Positions 1 through 13,019 of a DNA stretch of 64,000 nt are shown here, piece by piece. A program made the position numbers and the translations under genes. Numbering within the stretch: position 1 is the stretch's first letter; every line of letters begins with the position of its first letter. This stretch comes from Octopus bimaculoides (lineage: Eukaryota). The notes under the pieces are model-generated. The model did no database searches. It was given only the letters and a program-made list of their open reading frames with translations, and had not been told where the DNA came from. Where the stretch lies: contig NC_068995.1 of the NCBI RefSeq assembly GCF_001194135.2, forward strand, positions 44,789,544-44,853,543, written 5' to 3'.

Positions 1-194
1 AACCATCTGCTGCTGTTACTCAAATCTTCCAATTATAGAAAGTCACTCTACCCATAGATTTCGCTATTTCCTTAATGTAGCTTACATTATGTCAATAGAT
101 AAACTCACGAGGAGATGAGCAGGCTATAATATAGCAACAGATAAATCCATAAACAGGGCTACATTATAGGAAATAATTAGACCCACTACTAGGG

Positions 195-950
195 CCATCA
201 TCAACATTTTACATTCATTTTTCCCCCATGCTTAGATTAGTTGTACGGATCTTCTCCAGCACTGCTTTTTGCCACTTGGTTTCATTCTTTCATCTTTGTC
301 CAGTTCATTTTCCAGTGATCAGCTTCAACCACTTTTTCCAGTGCCTTCTTTGGTCTCCCTGTTTTTCAAGTTCTTTTCTCTTGAATACCTTGGTACTTCT
401 TTATTCGGCCATCATTCTCCGTAGACATCCCAATATCTATCCTACCTCTATCTTCTCCCTTGCATACTGCAGCTAATTCCTCTTTTCTTCAATTGTCTAT
501 CAGTTCATTTCTGTTCCATCCTTCATTTACACTAAAGTAACAATCTCAGCAAACAATACCTGTGGCTTTTCTTTGCAAGTTTTCACACCTCCTCTACAGT
601 CAGTGCCCATGTTTCACTACCATACAATATCATACTTTATATACACATGTTGTAAAATCTGCCCTTCACCCAAAGATATAGTCCTTTCATTAACCAATGG
701 AAATAAAATAGTTCCATGAAGATTTCCGCCCAGACCTTTCTTTGGCTGCTTTCAAAATACTTCCTCGACTGCTAATTACAATCCCCTAATGCAGTGCTTC
801 CCAACCTTTTCACTACCAAGGATCCCATTTGTTTGAATGAGTTTTCTCAGAGGTCTGTCAGCTTTCCGTTAGCTTAACGTTCACCTTTACGGACCACAGT
901 TTGGGAACCACTGCCCTAACGAATAAAAGCTATCAATTTCTTTTAGGGAT
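195..950 (-). mobile_element. Decayed RTE-clade LINE (RT C-terminus plus 3' end)
   Basis: Frameshifted minus-strand translation gives IDSFYSLGD..ISS, KGLSL..KGRFY and MILYGSETWALT (RTE-type LYGSETW motif), then GRPKK. The 3' end AGCATGGGGAAAA..ATGTTGATGATG resembles the GAT-tailed SINEs in this window. Confidence 0.8.
792..913. mobile_element. hAT (Charlie-like) MITE inserted in the RTE relic
   Basis: TIRs CAGTGCTTCCCAA / TTGGGAACCACTG. 8-bp TSD CCCTAATG (784-791) / CCCTAACG (914-921), one CpG-type mismatch. Confidence 0.85.
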
Positions 951-1222
951 CTAAGGCAGTGAGCTGGAAGAATTGTTAGCATGGTGGGAAAAATGCTTGG
1001 TGGCACTTTGCCTGTCTTCATGTTCTGAGTTCAAAATCCAGAGAAGTCAACTTTGCCTTTCAACCTTTTGGAGTTGATAAATTAAGTACCAGTCAAATTA
1101 CCCAATTTCCATCTGTGTTGCCATGTTGGGATATTGAGACACTTGTCACCTCTTATTTGCAATGTTCATTTATTTGTGTTCTTTATGTCCAATTTTTTTT
1201 TGTGTCAGTATGGATTAGATGA

Positions 1223-1255
<33 letters not shown>

Positions 1256-3639
1256 ATGATTGAGGCATTATTTTACAACTGGAAGCACTTGTTCTCAGTA
1301 GGCTTTACCCCTTTTTCAAGTAAGGAATCTCTTACTCTTCAGGTCCTTGAAAGTACAGAACCAATAGACTATTTGTAAACAAGAAAATGACAACAAACTT
1401 TAATTGTTATAGACTAGCAGTTCCCATGTGAAGTACACAGCATATCATGTATCACACAAGAAAGACAATGGTTTCATTATGACTTTCATTAGCTTACAGC
1501 TGTCTCTACTACAGATACACAGGCTCTCTCTCTCTCTCTCCTCCTCTCTCTGCCCCCCCCCCAACACAGAGTGAGATATGAATGAAGGACAGTAGAGTAC
1601 TTTACTAAAACATTAAATGTTCAATACAACTTTTTTTTGCTCTCCAGTTTATATTTGAATTGTATTGAGTGCACTTCTGGTTTCTGTATAATCTCATAAT
1701 TATCATTCAGCATTCACTTTTTCCATGTTTTCTTTGGGTTGGACAGATTTTTCTACAGCTAGTTGCCCATTCTTGTTGCCAACCCTCATCTGTTTCCCGA
1801 TGACCAAGCATGCTTTTCATGGAAGACTGGAAATGAAAGACAACATTTGCATAATGGTGACATTCATTTGCAGCTATCACATGAAGTCAAGGCAAGGAGA
1901 CAGTAACATACATACACATAAATATATATGACAGGCTTCTTTCAGTTTCCGTCTACTAAACCCACTCAAGGCTCTGGTCAGTCCGAGTGCTATAGTAGAA
2001 GACATTTGTCTTCTACAGATTTAATGTTTTAGAAGGACTGAACCCATGACCATATGGTTGGAAACCAAACTTCTTACCTCACAGCTATGATTGTGCCCCT
2101 ATATATATGTCAAACATGTAGAGTAATAAGCAAATGAACGAAAAGAGACACAGGTCAAGTTATATATCACTTTCAAGCTATTTCTGCAGATTTTCTATAG
2201 AGTTCAAAGCCAGCAAAGAAAGTTATGATGTTTTGTATATAAATATGTCTATGTAAACGATGTGATCAAGGATAGAAAAATGGGTTATGGGCATACATGC
2301 ACATTTCTGGACTTATTGCTCTTTCTTCAGTGCGGCATCCAGCCTATTAACCATCCATAAACTCAGTGCTTAAATACCCACTAAGTCTAGTGGTGTAACA
2401 CTATTAGATATAGCAATTTACATATTAAACACATTTCTGGCAACTGGTATGTACATATTACCACAAGTCCCTACTAGCAATTAATATATATATATATATA
2501 TATATATGTTTTCCTCAAAGGTACATTTTATCTTAAGGATCTGACTAGCTCTAAGATTGGCACTCAAGTCTGGGTAGACATTTCCCTTATACCCAAAACA
2601 GCTGTAAGCTGATGAAGGTGGTTGTGTAGCCATTGACTGATTGATTAATTAATTAATTAATTAATGTGTGTACTCTGTACATATTTTCTGGTTCGTATAA
2701 GAGCCTGCAGCTTTGTAAGTCCATTATAAGTAATATATTGAGTTCTAATGATTGGTTATTGATCCTGCTTTGGCAAAGTAGAATGTGTGTGTGTGTGTGT
2801 GTACGTAGAGCAAGATGTTTGAAAATTCTGTCAAGACGGAGGAGGAGAGAGCAGTAAATGTTAATTAGTGTCAACTGTACTGGTTGTGTACATGGGTACA
2901 TATGAGGGTGGGTGGTGTAGGAAAGTCAGTATAGAGAGATAGGGGAGAGGGGGAGGTTATTTCCCAGTAGATGTTGGTTAATGTTTTCCTGTATTGGGTG
3001 GGTACATATAAACACATATGGGAGGATGGTGTGGAAATGTCAGAGGTTGGCTGGGGTGGTGGAGGTGATGCAGTTGATGAAACACTAGCTTCTGTTTGCA
3101 CTTAATGATGGTGGGGGTGGTGGTATGGAGGGTGGTGACAACACACATCAATGTCTTTATTTTAATTATCAGAGAAAGTGAGAAAGAGAGAGAGGAAGGG
3201 AGATAGGAAGGGAATTACCAATTTTAATGAGCTACAATAAATACTGCCGTTAGACAGTCAAATCTGTTATTACTTCATTTTGCTCCATATATATATATAT
3301 GTATACATACACACATGTGTGTGTGTGTGTGTGTGTGTATAAAAAACACAATACACAACCCGGTCCAGGAATCGAACTAACCACCTCACGATTGTAAGCC
3401 TAACACTCTAACCACTGAGCTATATATTTATGAAGTATTGGAGTCAATTCATTCGATTAAAAAATTCTCTAAGGTGATGCCCCAGCATGGCCACAGTCTA
3501 GTGACTGAAACAAGCAAAAGATAAAAGATATATATTAATGTTTGCTTTTATGTTCAGTTATGATAAAAGCAACTTTATTCTTAAACAAGAATATTTTTGA
3601 CAGTAACTTCAAAGTTTCGTCCAGCAACACACACACACA

Positions 3640-3698
<59 letters not shown>

Positions 3699-5497
3699 CT
3701 TATGTAAGGTAAAAACATGTCTGCACTGTGTTTTGTTTAATCCTGTTTATATTTCACATGACACACAAACACTCACTCTCTTTCTCACTCTCTCACACAC
3801 AAACACTTACACACATACATACACACACACAACTACGCACTTTCAGAACAAGGTGGTGTAATGTATTGAGCACTTATGTTTTCACTATGAAATAAACATT
3901 AAACACATTATATATACACCCATTTGTGTGTTTGTGTGCACACACACACACGTATATATATATACATACACACACACACACATATATACTAGCATATACA
4001 TGTATGCATGCATGCATGCACACACACACACACACACACACACACGATTGTATATAGCATATATACCATAGAATATATGGGTGGATGGTTTTGATTCGCA
4101 GACAATATGTATCTTAAATATTAGATTGACTGGCCATTGATTTCTTTCTCGACAAGAACTTCCCACTTTTTGTTTGCCGATATCCTCGTTGATAGCTGCT
4201 ATTTGTTCGATATCTTCCTATAAACTGAACATCTCTCCGTTTAATAAAATCCACAACTGTAGAGAGTAAGAAGTGAAATAAACCTTTCATTCATATCACA
4301 GATCACCTTCTCAGAATCCTGTTTGTCTATGCATATATATATATATATATATATATAATACAAAAAATATATATGCATGTATACACACATATATGTATAT
4401 ACTTTCATCTACATGTGCATATAGATGCATATCAGGGTACAGGACGTTAGAACAATGAACTACAGACAACGGAACGAACACATAGGAAAACAGAAAGCCA
4501 CTTGGAATTATTCATCAGCTGCCTCTATTCTAACTTTACGTATCTGTGTGCGTTTGTGTGTTTGTATGTCTGTGCTTGTGTGTGTGTGCATATTTCAACA
4601 CCTCAACTGTGCTGTGATGGCGGATGTAACAATTGAATTGTGTGAAACCAGGCATCATTTTGTGTAGTGAAGTGAGTGTAGGTTGTCACTGGTGAATATT
4701 GAACTGTAATTGTGTGTTGGAGTGATAAAATGCTGTCTCTGGTCAATATTGTTAATTTGATTCTGACTGAAGCTTCCAGCAGAAAGCTGTGATGGTACAA
4801 TTTCAGTGATTCCTTAGAAAATGTTTCCAGCTGAATGGTTTAGAACCTAAAGTGGCTGTAATGTTTAAAAGTACTTCATTATTGACTCTTTGGTAATGAG
4901 TTCTAACCTTACTGTGTAATAAAAAGCCTTTGTGTTGTCTCGTTAGACTCATTATGTCGTTTATACAGCATCGCATTTGATCAAGTTGACAGAAAAAAAA
5001 ACACAACAAAATAAAAAGAGAGAGAAAAAATAGATGTTGCACTTTTTTTCTTCTTCATGGTTGAGTGCATTGTATTTAAGAAGGTTAGCCAGCTGTGAAA
5101 ATATTTACTCAGCCTCAGTGATGGAAAAGTAAGAAAATAAACAGCACTGATGTTGGAATTTAGTAGACAAGGATGTAGAAAGTAGAACCGGAATTTGCAA
5201 GAAATTTCATAATATTTAGCAAAAAAAGTATTTGTGAGTTTGAAGAATGTTTAATGAATTCCCATGCTGAAATTGTAACCATTTATGTTAAGACCATCCT
5301 CAGAAGCGAGATTAATTTGGATTAATTAGAACTCTGCTCATATTTCTAATTAACTGATGTAATTATTGAATTTATTTTGATGAAGAAGTCACTGGAATGG
5401 TTTGTTGACCTATGAAGTATTTGCAGAACCTGTTAGCAACCAAATAAACTTATATAAGGTTTTGAACTAAAGACCATTTGGTCAATAACCCCTCTGT

Positions 5498-5719
5498 TTA
5501 ACTTTTTTCATGCCAATCCACCTGAGACCACCATTCCTGGTTCTATGTTATAAACTTTCTGTTTTAAATGATCTAAATTTAAATCTTCCATCAAAATTCC
5601 GTATGTTCTGCACACCAAATTAATTATGACAAAGTTATTTCAATAAATTTTTCATTATTTTCAAAATTGATTGAAACATGGCAGTGTTTTTCAACGAAAT
5701 ATGGTAATGAAAAGGTTAA
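5498..5719. mobile_element. Second TTAA-flanked MITE family (related fragment near 41750-41915)
   Basis: TTAA-CTTTTTTCATGCC ... GGTAATGAAAAGG-TTAA. Internal CCTGAGACCA..CTGTTTTAAA..TCTAAATT..AAAGTTATTT is shared with 41760-41900. Confidence 0.5.
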
Positions 5720-6132
5720 TCTCATAATTTACAAAAATCTCGTTACCCTGGTTTGGAACTGGTAAAAGCTGGTAAAAACAAAGCAAACTGTCTGAAACAA
5801 TAAATTAGGGGTTCAAATTCTGTCAGTGTGTCTGTTGTGCTCCAGCATGACCAGAACCAACTAGTTTGAACTAATGAAAGAATAATGGTGAAAATATTGC
5901 TAAACCAGACTCTGGAGTAAGCTGAATGGAGTGGACAGAAAAGGTTGATGGTGTTATGGTCATATTTCTTCAAAAAGAGAAATTGATTGTAAAAACATAA
6001 AAATGTTAAATCTATTGACATTATGAGGGTGTATATTAAATGGTATATGTTCAGTGCCAGTTTGTAGAATGGCCAGAAGATGTATAATATATGTATTATA
6101 TGTCAGTAAGATATACATGTAGGATATACCAT

Positions 6133-6168
<36 letters not shown>

Positions 6169-7028
6169 TTTATATATGTGTGTGTGTGTTTAAAAACATA
6201 GACACCACCATCATCATCTATATACAAACATATAATGTAGGGGCTGTAAAGAAGAGGAGAATAGTCGATTACATAGACCCCACTGCATAACTGGTACTTA
6301 TTTCATTGACCAAGAAAGCATTAAGGCAAAGTCAACCTCGATGGAATTTGAACTCAGAAAATATAGACAGACGAAATGCCATTAAACATTTTGTCCCATG
6401 TGTGCTTTGCATCGTTTTAGCATTCAGACAATACCACTCTGTTGGCTAGGCGAATAGGACAACATTGCCCCTGATGGGAAGGCTATTCCGTCACAGAGTT
6501 ACCTACTTACAGTGTGCTCCTGCAACCCAGCTACTTGGAGGCTTATCTGGTTGGCCAGTTTGAGGATGAGAGTCCTGGTCGTCAGTTTTCTATGGTAATC
6601 TGGTGGCCATGCTAAGCTCAGCATCAATATGGTGCTGGTGAGGAAATTCATCAGGACAGGATTGTCTAAGGAGGTGACCCTCCTTGGTCCTTGGTCCAGG
6701 TTAGAAACACAGCAGGTAAAAAACCTTGTGTCAAGCAGTAGTAAGATCATGCCTGTAAATGGTCATTGGCTGACAGCCTGTTCAATGCAACAGAACACCA
6801 ATCTCTTTTCTTAAAATTCAAGGCAGTGCTCCAGCATGGCCGCAGTCTCATGACTGAAACAAGTAAAAGATAAAAGATTTCCATCCCTCAATCAGTGATC
6901 TCAGAGAGTCGAGGATGGCTAGGTAAAATGCACATGGCTTTAGCTATTTGTTTTAAATGGTCATATATTTAGGAGCAGATGCATCACCTTTTTGGCTGAG
7001 TCAACAAAATATCCAGGATATGACAACC

Positions 7029-7060
<32 letters not shown>

Positions 7061-10000
7061 GGAACTGTACTTGTCGTTGACCAGTACTTTACTAACTTGA
7101 CCCATATATTCCTGGTTGCGTTTTTGCAATGCAAAACCTGCTCCTACTTGTTTGAACATGAACTTGCCAGGAAGCGTCTGACTGAGCATACAAAATATTC
7201 AGTAGGTAGTCGACACCCATAGCTAACAGTTGCATATTGTCCTTCTCTTCCACATCATGAAAGCTTACCATAATGTTTAATCAAAATATAGTGAAATTTT
7301 TTATGGGCATATATGGGTTAAGAGTGTGACACGCAAAGTTGACCTCAGGCCTAATTTGAACTCAGAATGCAGAGAACTGGAACAAATCATGACATATTTT
7401 GTCTAAAAAAAAAAAAACTCTCCTAATTCAACTACTCTGATGCATACATACATCATCAACATCGTGATCACGGTCATTATCACTTTTCTGTGCATCACGA
7501 GTTGGAGAAAATTTGTCGAAGTACATCTTCTGTGGTTGAATGCTCTTCCTGTCACCAATCCTCACCTGTTTCCAAATAAGGAAATATTTCCCCATGGCCA
7601 GAGATGTTTTTCATAGAAGATGAGAAACAACTGATGCTGCCTGTATGATGGTGACACTTGTTTACAACTATCACGCAATGTGAAGACAAGGAGACATGTA
7701 CATACATACGTATATTTTGCCAGTCCATACTCAGCTCAGTTGAAGTGAGGGTCTTATCTTGTGGTTACTTGGCAACCTTGTGGGTGCTAGTACCCTGTAA
7801 AAAGCTCCCAGTACACGCTGTAAGGGCATCCGGTTGTAGAAATCATGCCAAAGCTGACATAGAACCTGCCAGAGGCCTTTAGCTTCTCTGTTCTTGCCAA
7901 ACTGTCCAACCCATGTCAGCATGAAAAAAATGACATTAAGTAATGATGATGATGATGATATACACGCATATATACAAAAACAATGATGGTAGCACACACA
8001 CATACACAAGGTATTGTAATATATATTTTCCTTGACAGAATACTACTTATTTTAAAATCTGACAACTTATTTAAATATTGATAATANNNNNNNNNNNNNN
8101 NNNNNNNNNNNNNNNNNNNNNNNNNNNNNNNNNNNNNNNNNNNNNNNNNNNNNNNNNNNNNNNNNNNNNNNNNNNNNNNNNNNNNNNNNNNNNNNNNNNN
8201 NNNNNNNNNNNNNNNNNNNNNNNNNNNNNNNNNNNNNNNNNNNNNNNNNNNNNNNNNNNNNNNNNNNNNNNNNNNNNNNNNNNNNNNNNNNNNNNNNNNN
8301 NNNNNNNNNNNNNNNNNNNNNNNNNNNNNNNNNNNNNNNNNNNNNNNNNNNNNNNNNNNNNNNNNNNNNNNNNNNNNNNNNNNNNNNNNNNNNNNNNNNN
8401 NNNNNNNNNNNNNNNNNNNNNNNNNNNNNNNNNNNNNNNNNNNNNNNNNNNNNNNNNNNNNNNNNNNNNNNNNNNNNNNNNNNNNNNNNNNNNNNNNNNN
8501 NNNNNNNNNNNNNNNNNNNNNNNNNNNNNNNNNNGAATTCACTTCTACAACTATTTCTATAAATGCTAAAATATCAATTTCACATTTTGCTGCAGCAGGC
8601 TTCACTATTTCAGCTGAAGAAACTGTATCTTCTGATGGCGATGGCGTCGACGACAGTGGTGGCAATAGCAGTACGACTGGTGGTGGCGATGGTGGCCGTG
8701 GTGGTGATGGTGGTGGTACTACTGATGATGGCTGCTTGCTGTCTTATTGATAAATGGCCGCAGAAGTGCTTCATGAGCATTAGTGTTGTTGCTGCTGCTG
8801 TTGTTTGGCAGATCTGCTGTACTAGGGAGAAGAAACAGTGTGTGTGTATATGTATGTAATGTATGTGTGTGTGTCTGTGTGTGTGAGAGAGAGAGAAAGG
8901 AAGAGAGGTTGCTTTTGTTAATCTTGGCTGCTGTTGTAGTTCTTTGGCAGATTCTACAGCGCTAGGGAGGCGAGAGAGAAGGAAAGAGAGACAAAGACAG
9001 ACAAAGACAGAGAGAGCAGGGAGGCTGGTTTGGTTTGTTAATCTAGGCTGTTGTTTCTCCCTGCAAGCTGTTATGTATTGATTACTGCTGATTTCAGCTG
9101 CACGAAGCACCAATTCTCTATTTCTCCATTTCTTCTCTGTCAATGATGACAAACCATCTTCTCTTTCATCATCAATGCCAATACTTTCTTCTTCTTCTTC
9201 TCATTAAATTCTCCACTAACAGAACAGAACAGATACATTATTTCTCCTTCGAATTGAAAACCATCTCGGCTACATTTGCTGCCACCACCACCACCACCAC
9301 CATCATATACTTCACTGGTGACTCTTCTGGCCTGTGTTGGTCTCTTAATTAATTACAGATTTCATGGCTACTGTAGCAGTGCTAGTGTGGTGTAGGTAGT
9401 GTTGTATTAATGTGGTGTAGTACACAGTTGTATGGTGTGATATTGTATGGTACCAGTGTATTGTGGTAAAGTGCTGTAGTAGTTTTTGTAGCATAGTGTT
9501 GTAGTATGGTGTGGTATAGCAGTATGGTAATAGTGTGGTCTAATCTGGTGTACTGTTGCAGTGTGGTATGGCCCTGTATAGTATGGTGGTAGGGTGGTGT
9601 GCTAAAGTAGTGTTGTAGTTGAGTTGTAGTTTTATGGTGTGACATGAGCCATGAAGTTAGGGATTATGAATTACTTGAAAAGGAAACTGAGTGTTGGGTT
9701 AACATGATTTGTTGGTTCGTGTGTGAGTAGGAGAGTGACTCATCTAGGAAACATTACTTAATATGTTTACTACTGAGAGTCAAAGGGTGGCTGTGTAGTG
9801 TGGTGGTGGTGGGGGCTGCTACAGGTGTAGTAGTAGTAGTAGTAGTTGTAATAGTTATTGAGGTAGTTTTTATAATAATAGTTGTTGTTGTTGTTATTGT
9901 CATGTAGTTCCCAGGTCAGTTCTGATCGAGAAGGCCTGTGGTTCACAAATCCATTTTCCCAGTTGCATCTTGTGTCTGCTTACCTGTACTTTGCACTGCA

Positions 10001-10096
10001 CACTCTGACATACAGCAGTGATAAATCATAAAATCACATGATATGCAGTGTGATAGTCTGGACATAACCTAATGCACTCTCTCCAATCTCCACTGT

Positions 10097-10360
10097 GGAG
10101 GCATGTGGTTTAGTGGTTAGGGTGTTGGACTCGTCCTCATACGATTGTGGTTTCAATTCCTGGATCAGGCGATGCATTGTGTTCACGAGCAAAACACTTC
10201 ATTTCACAATGCTCCAGTCCACTCAGCTGGCAAAAATGAGTAATCCTGCAATGGACTGGTGTCCCATCCTGGTGGAGAATACATATGCCATGAAACCCGG
10301 AAACTGGCCTTTATGAGTCAGCTTGACTCGAGAAGATAACTTTACCTTTTTTCTTTTTAC
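10097..10360 (+). mobile_element. tRNA-derived SINE (A-related head, distinct 3' domain)
   Basis: A box TGGTTTAGTGG, B box GGTTTCAATTCC, T-rich TTTAC tail, and 10-bp TSD TCTCCACTGT (10087-96, 10361-70). Confidence 0.8.
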
Positions 10361-10969
10361 TCTCCACTGTCCAGTGTACTTTTCTATATCTGCAGATTCT
10401 TGCTGTAGCCACAGCAGAGGAGAGCAGAGCAGGTTTGGTCTGAGTGTAACAATGATTGTTCCTTTGTAATTTCTGTGACTCTAAAGAATGGTAGAAAGAT
10501 GTGTGATGCCATTTGTGGGTGAGTTTGAGCCGGGTATGTTCTATGAAGGCTGTATAGATTTTGCTAGGAAGAGTGGGTCAGAGCATGGATCTCTGTGGTA
10601 CTCTTTCCAGGAAATCCCAAGTCCTGTAAGTGTTACATGTTGAATATTTTCGCATGAGTGAATAACAGACAATAGATTTGGGGTTTCTTTCTTTCACTTG
10701 ATCTTTTATTCAAGAGGGATTAAGTGTCCTTGACTCTGTAATGGAGCTTCCAACGCTGGTGGGAGAGAGGGGAGAAGGTCTTCATGCTTTGCTGAAACAT
10801 TGGTCATGTTGTAAAGATACGAGTAAATTTAATGATACAGATACACTGTTTTATGATTGTTGTTCTTTTTTTTTTGTGGACATTTTGATAAACATTATCT
10901 ATGATTATAAGTGGCTTGCACTCACAGTCTCAGACATGTAAAGACATGTACATATGTATGTGTGTGTAC

Positions 10970-11025
<56 letters not shown>

Positions 11026-11090
11026 CTGGCAGATGCATACGTGTGTGTGTGTGTGTGTAGGAACATTTAGCTATGTTCAGAAACATTTAA

Positions 11091-11540
11091 GGCAGTGAGC
11101 TGGCAGAAACGTTAGCACGCCGGGCGAAATGCTTGGCGGTATTTCATCTGTCTTTACGTTCTGAGTTCAAATTCTGCTGAGGTCGACTTTGCCTTTCATC
11201 CTTTCAGGGTCGATAAATTAAGTACCAGTTACGCACTGATGTAATTGACTTAACCACTTTGTCTTTCCTTGTTTGTCCCCTCTATGTTTAGCCCTTCTAC
11301 TATAGCCTTGGGCTGACCAAAGCCTGGTGAGTGGATTTGGATTTGGATTTGGTAGATGGAAACTGAAAGAAGCTGGTGTTGGTTTGTTTACATCCCCTTT
11401 AACTTAATAGTTAGGCAAAAGAGACCAATAGAATAAGCAGCAGGCTTTAAAAAAATAATCAGTACTGGGGTCAATTCCTTTGAGTGAAAATTCTTGAAAA
11501 CGATGCCCTAGTATGGCCACACTGAAACGAGTAAAAAGAA
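11091..11540 (+). mobile_element. Chimeric SINE: family C followed by a family B body and tail
   Basis: GGCAGTGAGCTGGCAGAA..GAGTTCAAATTC..GTCGATAAATTAAGTACCAG, then TTCTACTATAGCC.. and a B tail. Confidence 0.7.
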
Positions 11541-12784
11541 AAACGCTGTGTGACTTGTCTTGCTTTGAGCCCTCTTCTCGTTGATGTAGTCAGAGAGTCA
11601 CATCTGAGTGTGACCTTAGCTGATTTGTTCCAGAAAGAGAGAAGAAAACCTGGGTGAAAGAGAAGAATTGATCCTGTACATTGTTTGTACTTTGGATGTA
11701 TATATTCATATACAAATGTATTTGTGAGTAGGTGTGTTTCTATATGTGTGTGTACATACAGATATTTGTATTTAAGTGTGTGTGTATATTTCTATGTATA
11801 TATTTTGTTTGCGCGCGCGTGAGTGTGAATGTATATGTGTGTATATATATATATATTCTTTATATATATGTGTGTGTGTGTATATAATACACATGTATTT
11901 ATTTATCATTGTCATTTAATGTGTGTGGGTTGTATAATATACATACATTTGTGTGTGTGTATACACACATATATGCAGTTATATTTATGTGTGTATATAT
12001 ATTTGTGCATATATACATATGTACATACATACACACACACTCATGCGCACGTGTATACATGTGTGTAAAAGTGTAATGGATTACATTAGAGATTATAAGA
12101 TATGGCAGATATTTCAAGCAGCCAGTCAAAGAGTGTGTGTGTATATATATNNNNNNNNNNNNNNNNNNNNNNNNNNNNNNNNNNNNNNNNNNNNNNNNNN
12201 NNNNNNNNNNNNNNNNNNNNNNNNNNNNNNNNNNNNNNNNNNNNNNNNNNNNNNNNNNNNNNNNNNNNNNNNNNNNNNNNNNNNNNNNNNNNNNNNNNNN
12301 NNNNNNNNNNNNNNNNNNNNNNNNNNNNNNNNNNNNNNNNNNNNNNNNNNNNAAGTAGTTTCCAAATAAAATGAGTCCTGTGTGTGTGTGTGTGTGTGTG
12401 TCTATGTGTGTGTGAAATACTTTTGAAAAACTATTTTTTGCTCTCATTTGTATTGAGAAGTGAGATTGTACAATTATTGTCATATAATTCCTATTTCTCT
12501 CATCCAATTAAGATTTAATCAGGTATTGGTGTTAGCTGAAAAGTAAAGTTAATTATTGCAATAATTAACTAATTGAGATTTAGATTAATTCAAAATTCAA
12601 ATTTCAAAAAGATACAGAATTGCTGTGTATTTCGTTATTTAATATATAATTCCACTCCATCGTCAAGAACCTTAGCAAAAGAAATACTTGTTGGTCTCTC
12701 TCAACAAGTTGACTGTATTTCATGTGACCAAGTGTATGGCAGTAATATTTAATACAATTCATGATAAATATTATTGGTTAAAGC

Positions 12785-13019
12785 TTAACTCTTTAGCATT
12801 TGCATTATTCTGTCAACTGTAATGCATTATATATTCAAACTGTTTTGAATTAATCAGGCATTACAATGTAGCTTCAAAATTTCAATGATGTGATTGTTTA
12901 TTTTCAGAATGACATTGTAGGGTAGGTGCCAGAGGATGAATCCGACCAGTTTGAACATGAAACATATCAGGCCCAATATTTGGGCCTGATATGGTCAGTT
13001 TAAATGCTAAAGAGGTTAA
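12785..13019 (+). mobile_element. piggyBac-type MITE (family E)
   Basis: TTAA-CTCTTTAGCATT ... AATGCTAAAGAGG-TTAA. TTAA target site plus CCCT-like termini; the internal sequence is shared with other copies in the window. Confidence 0.75.

Noticed and set aside
2600-2640. CTGATGA followed by a small hairpin (also minus-strand CTGATGA near 4512)
   Set aside because: No GAAA/NUH half, so not a hammerhead.
4110-4262. CpG-retaining open frame on the minus strand (VVDFIKRRDVQFIGRYR...)
   Set aside because: No family recognised and splice sites are weak; more likely a TE fragment.
6430-6790. GC-richer segment with ORFs on both strands
   Set aside because: No RT, endonuclease or host motif identified; possibly a decayed LINE, not supportable.
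8610-9152. 180-aa minus-strand ORF
   Set aside because: It passes through (CT)n and (CA)n microsatellites and has no recognisable domain.
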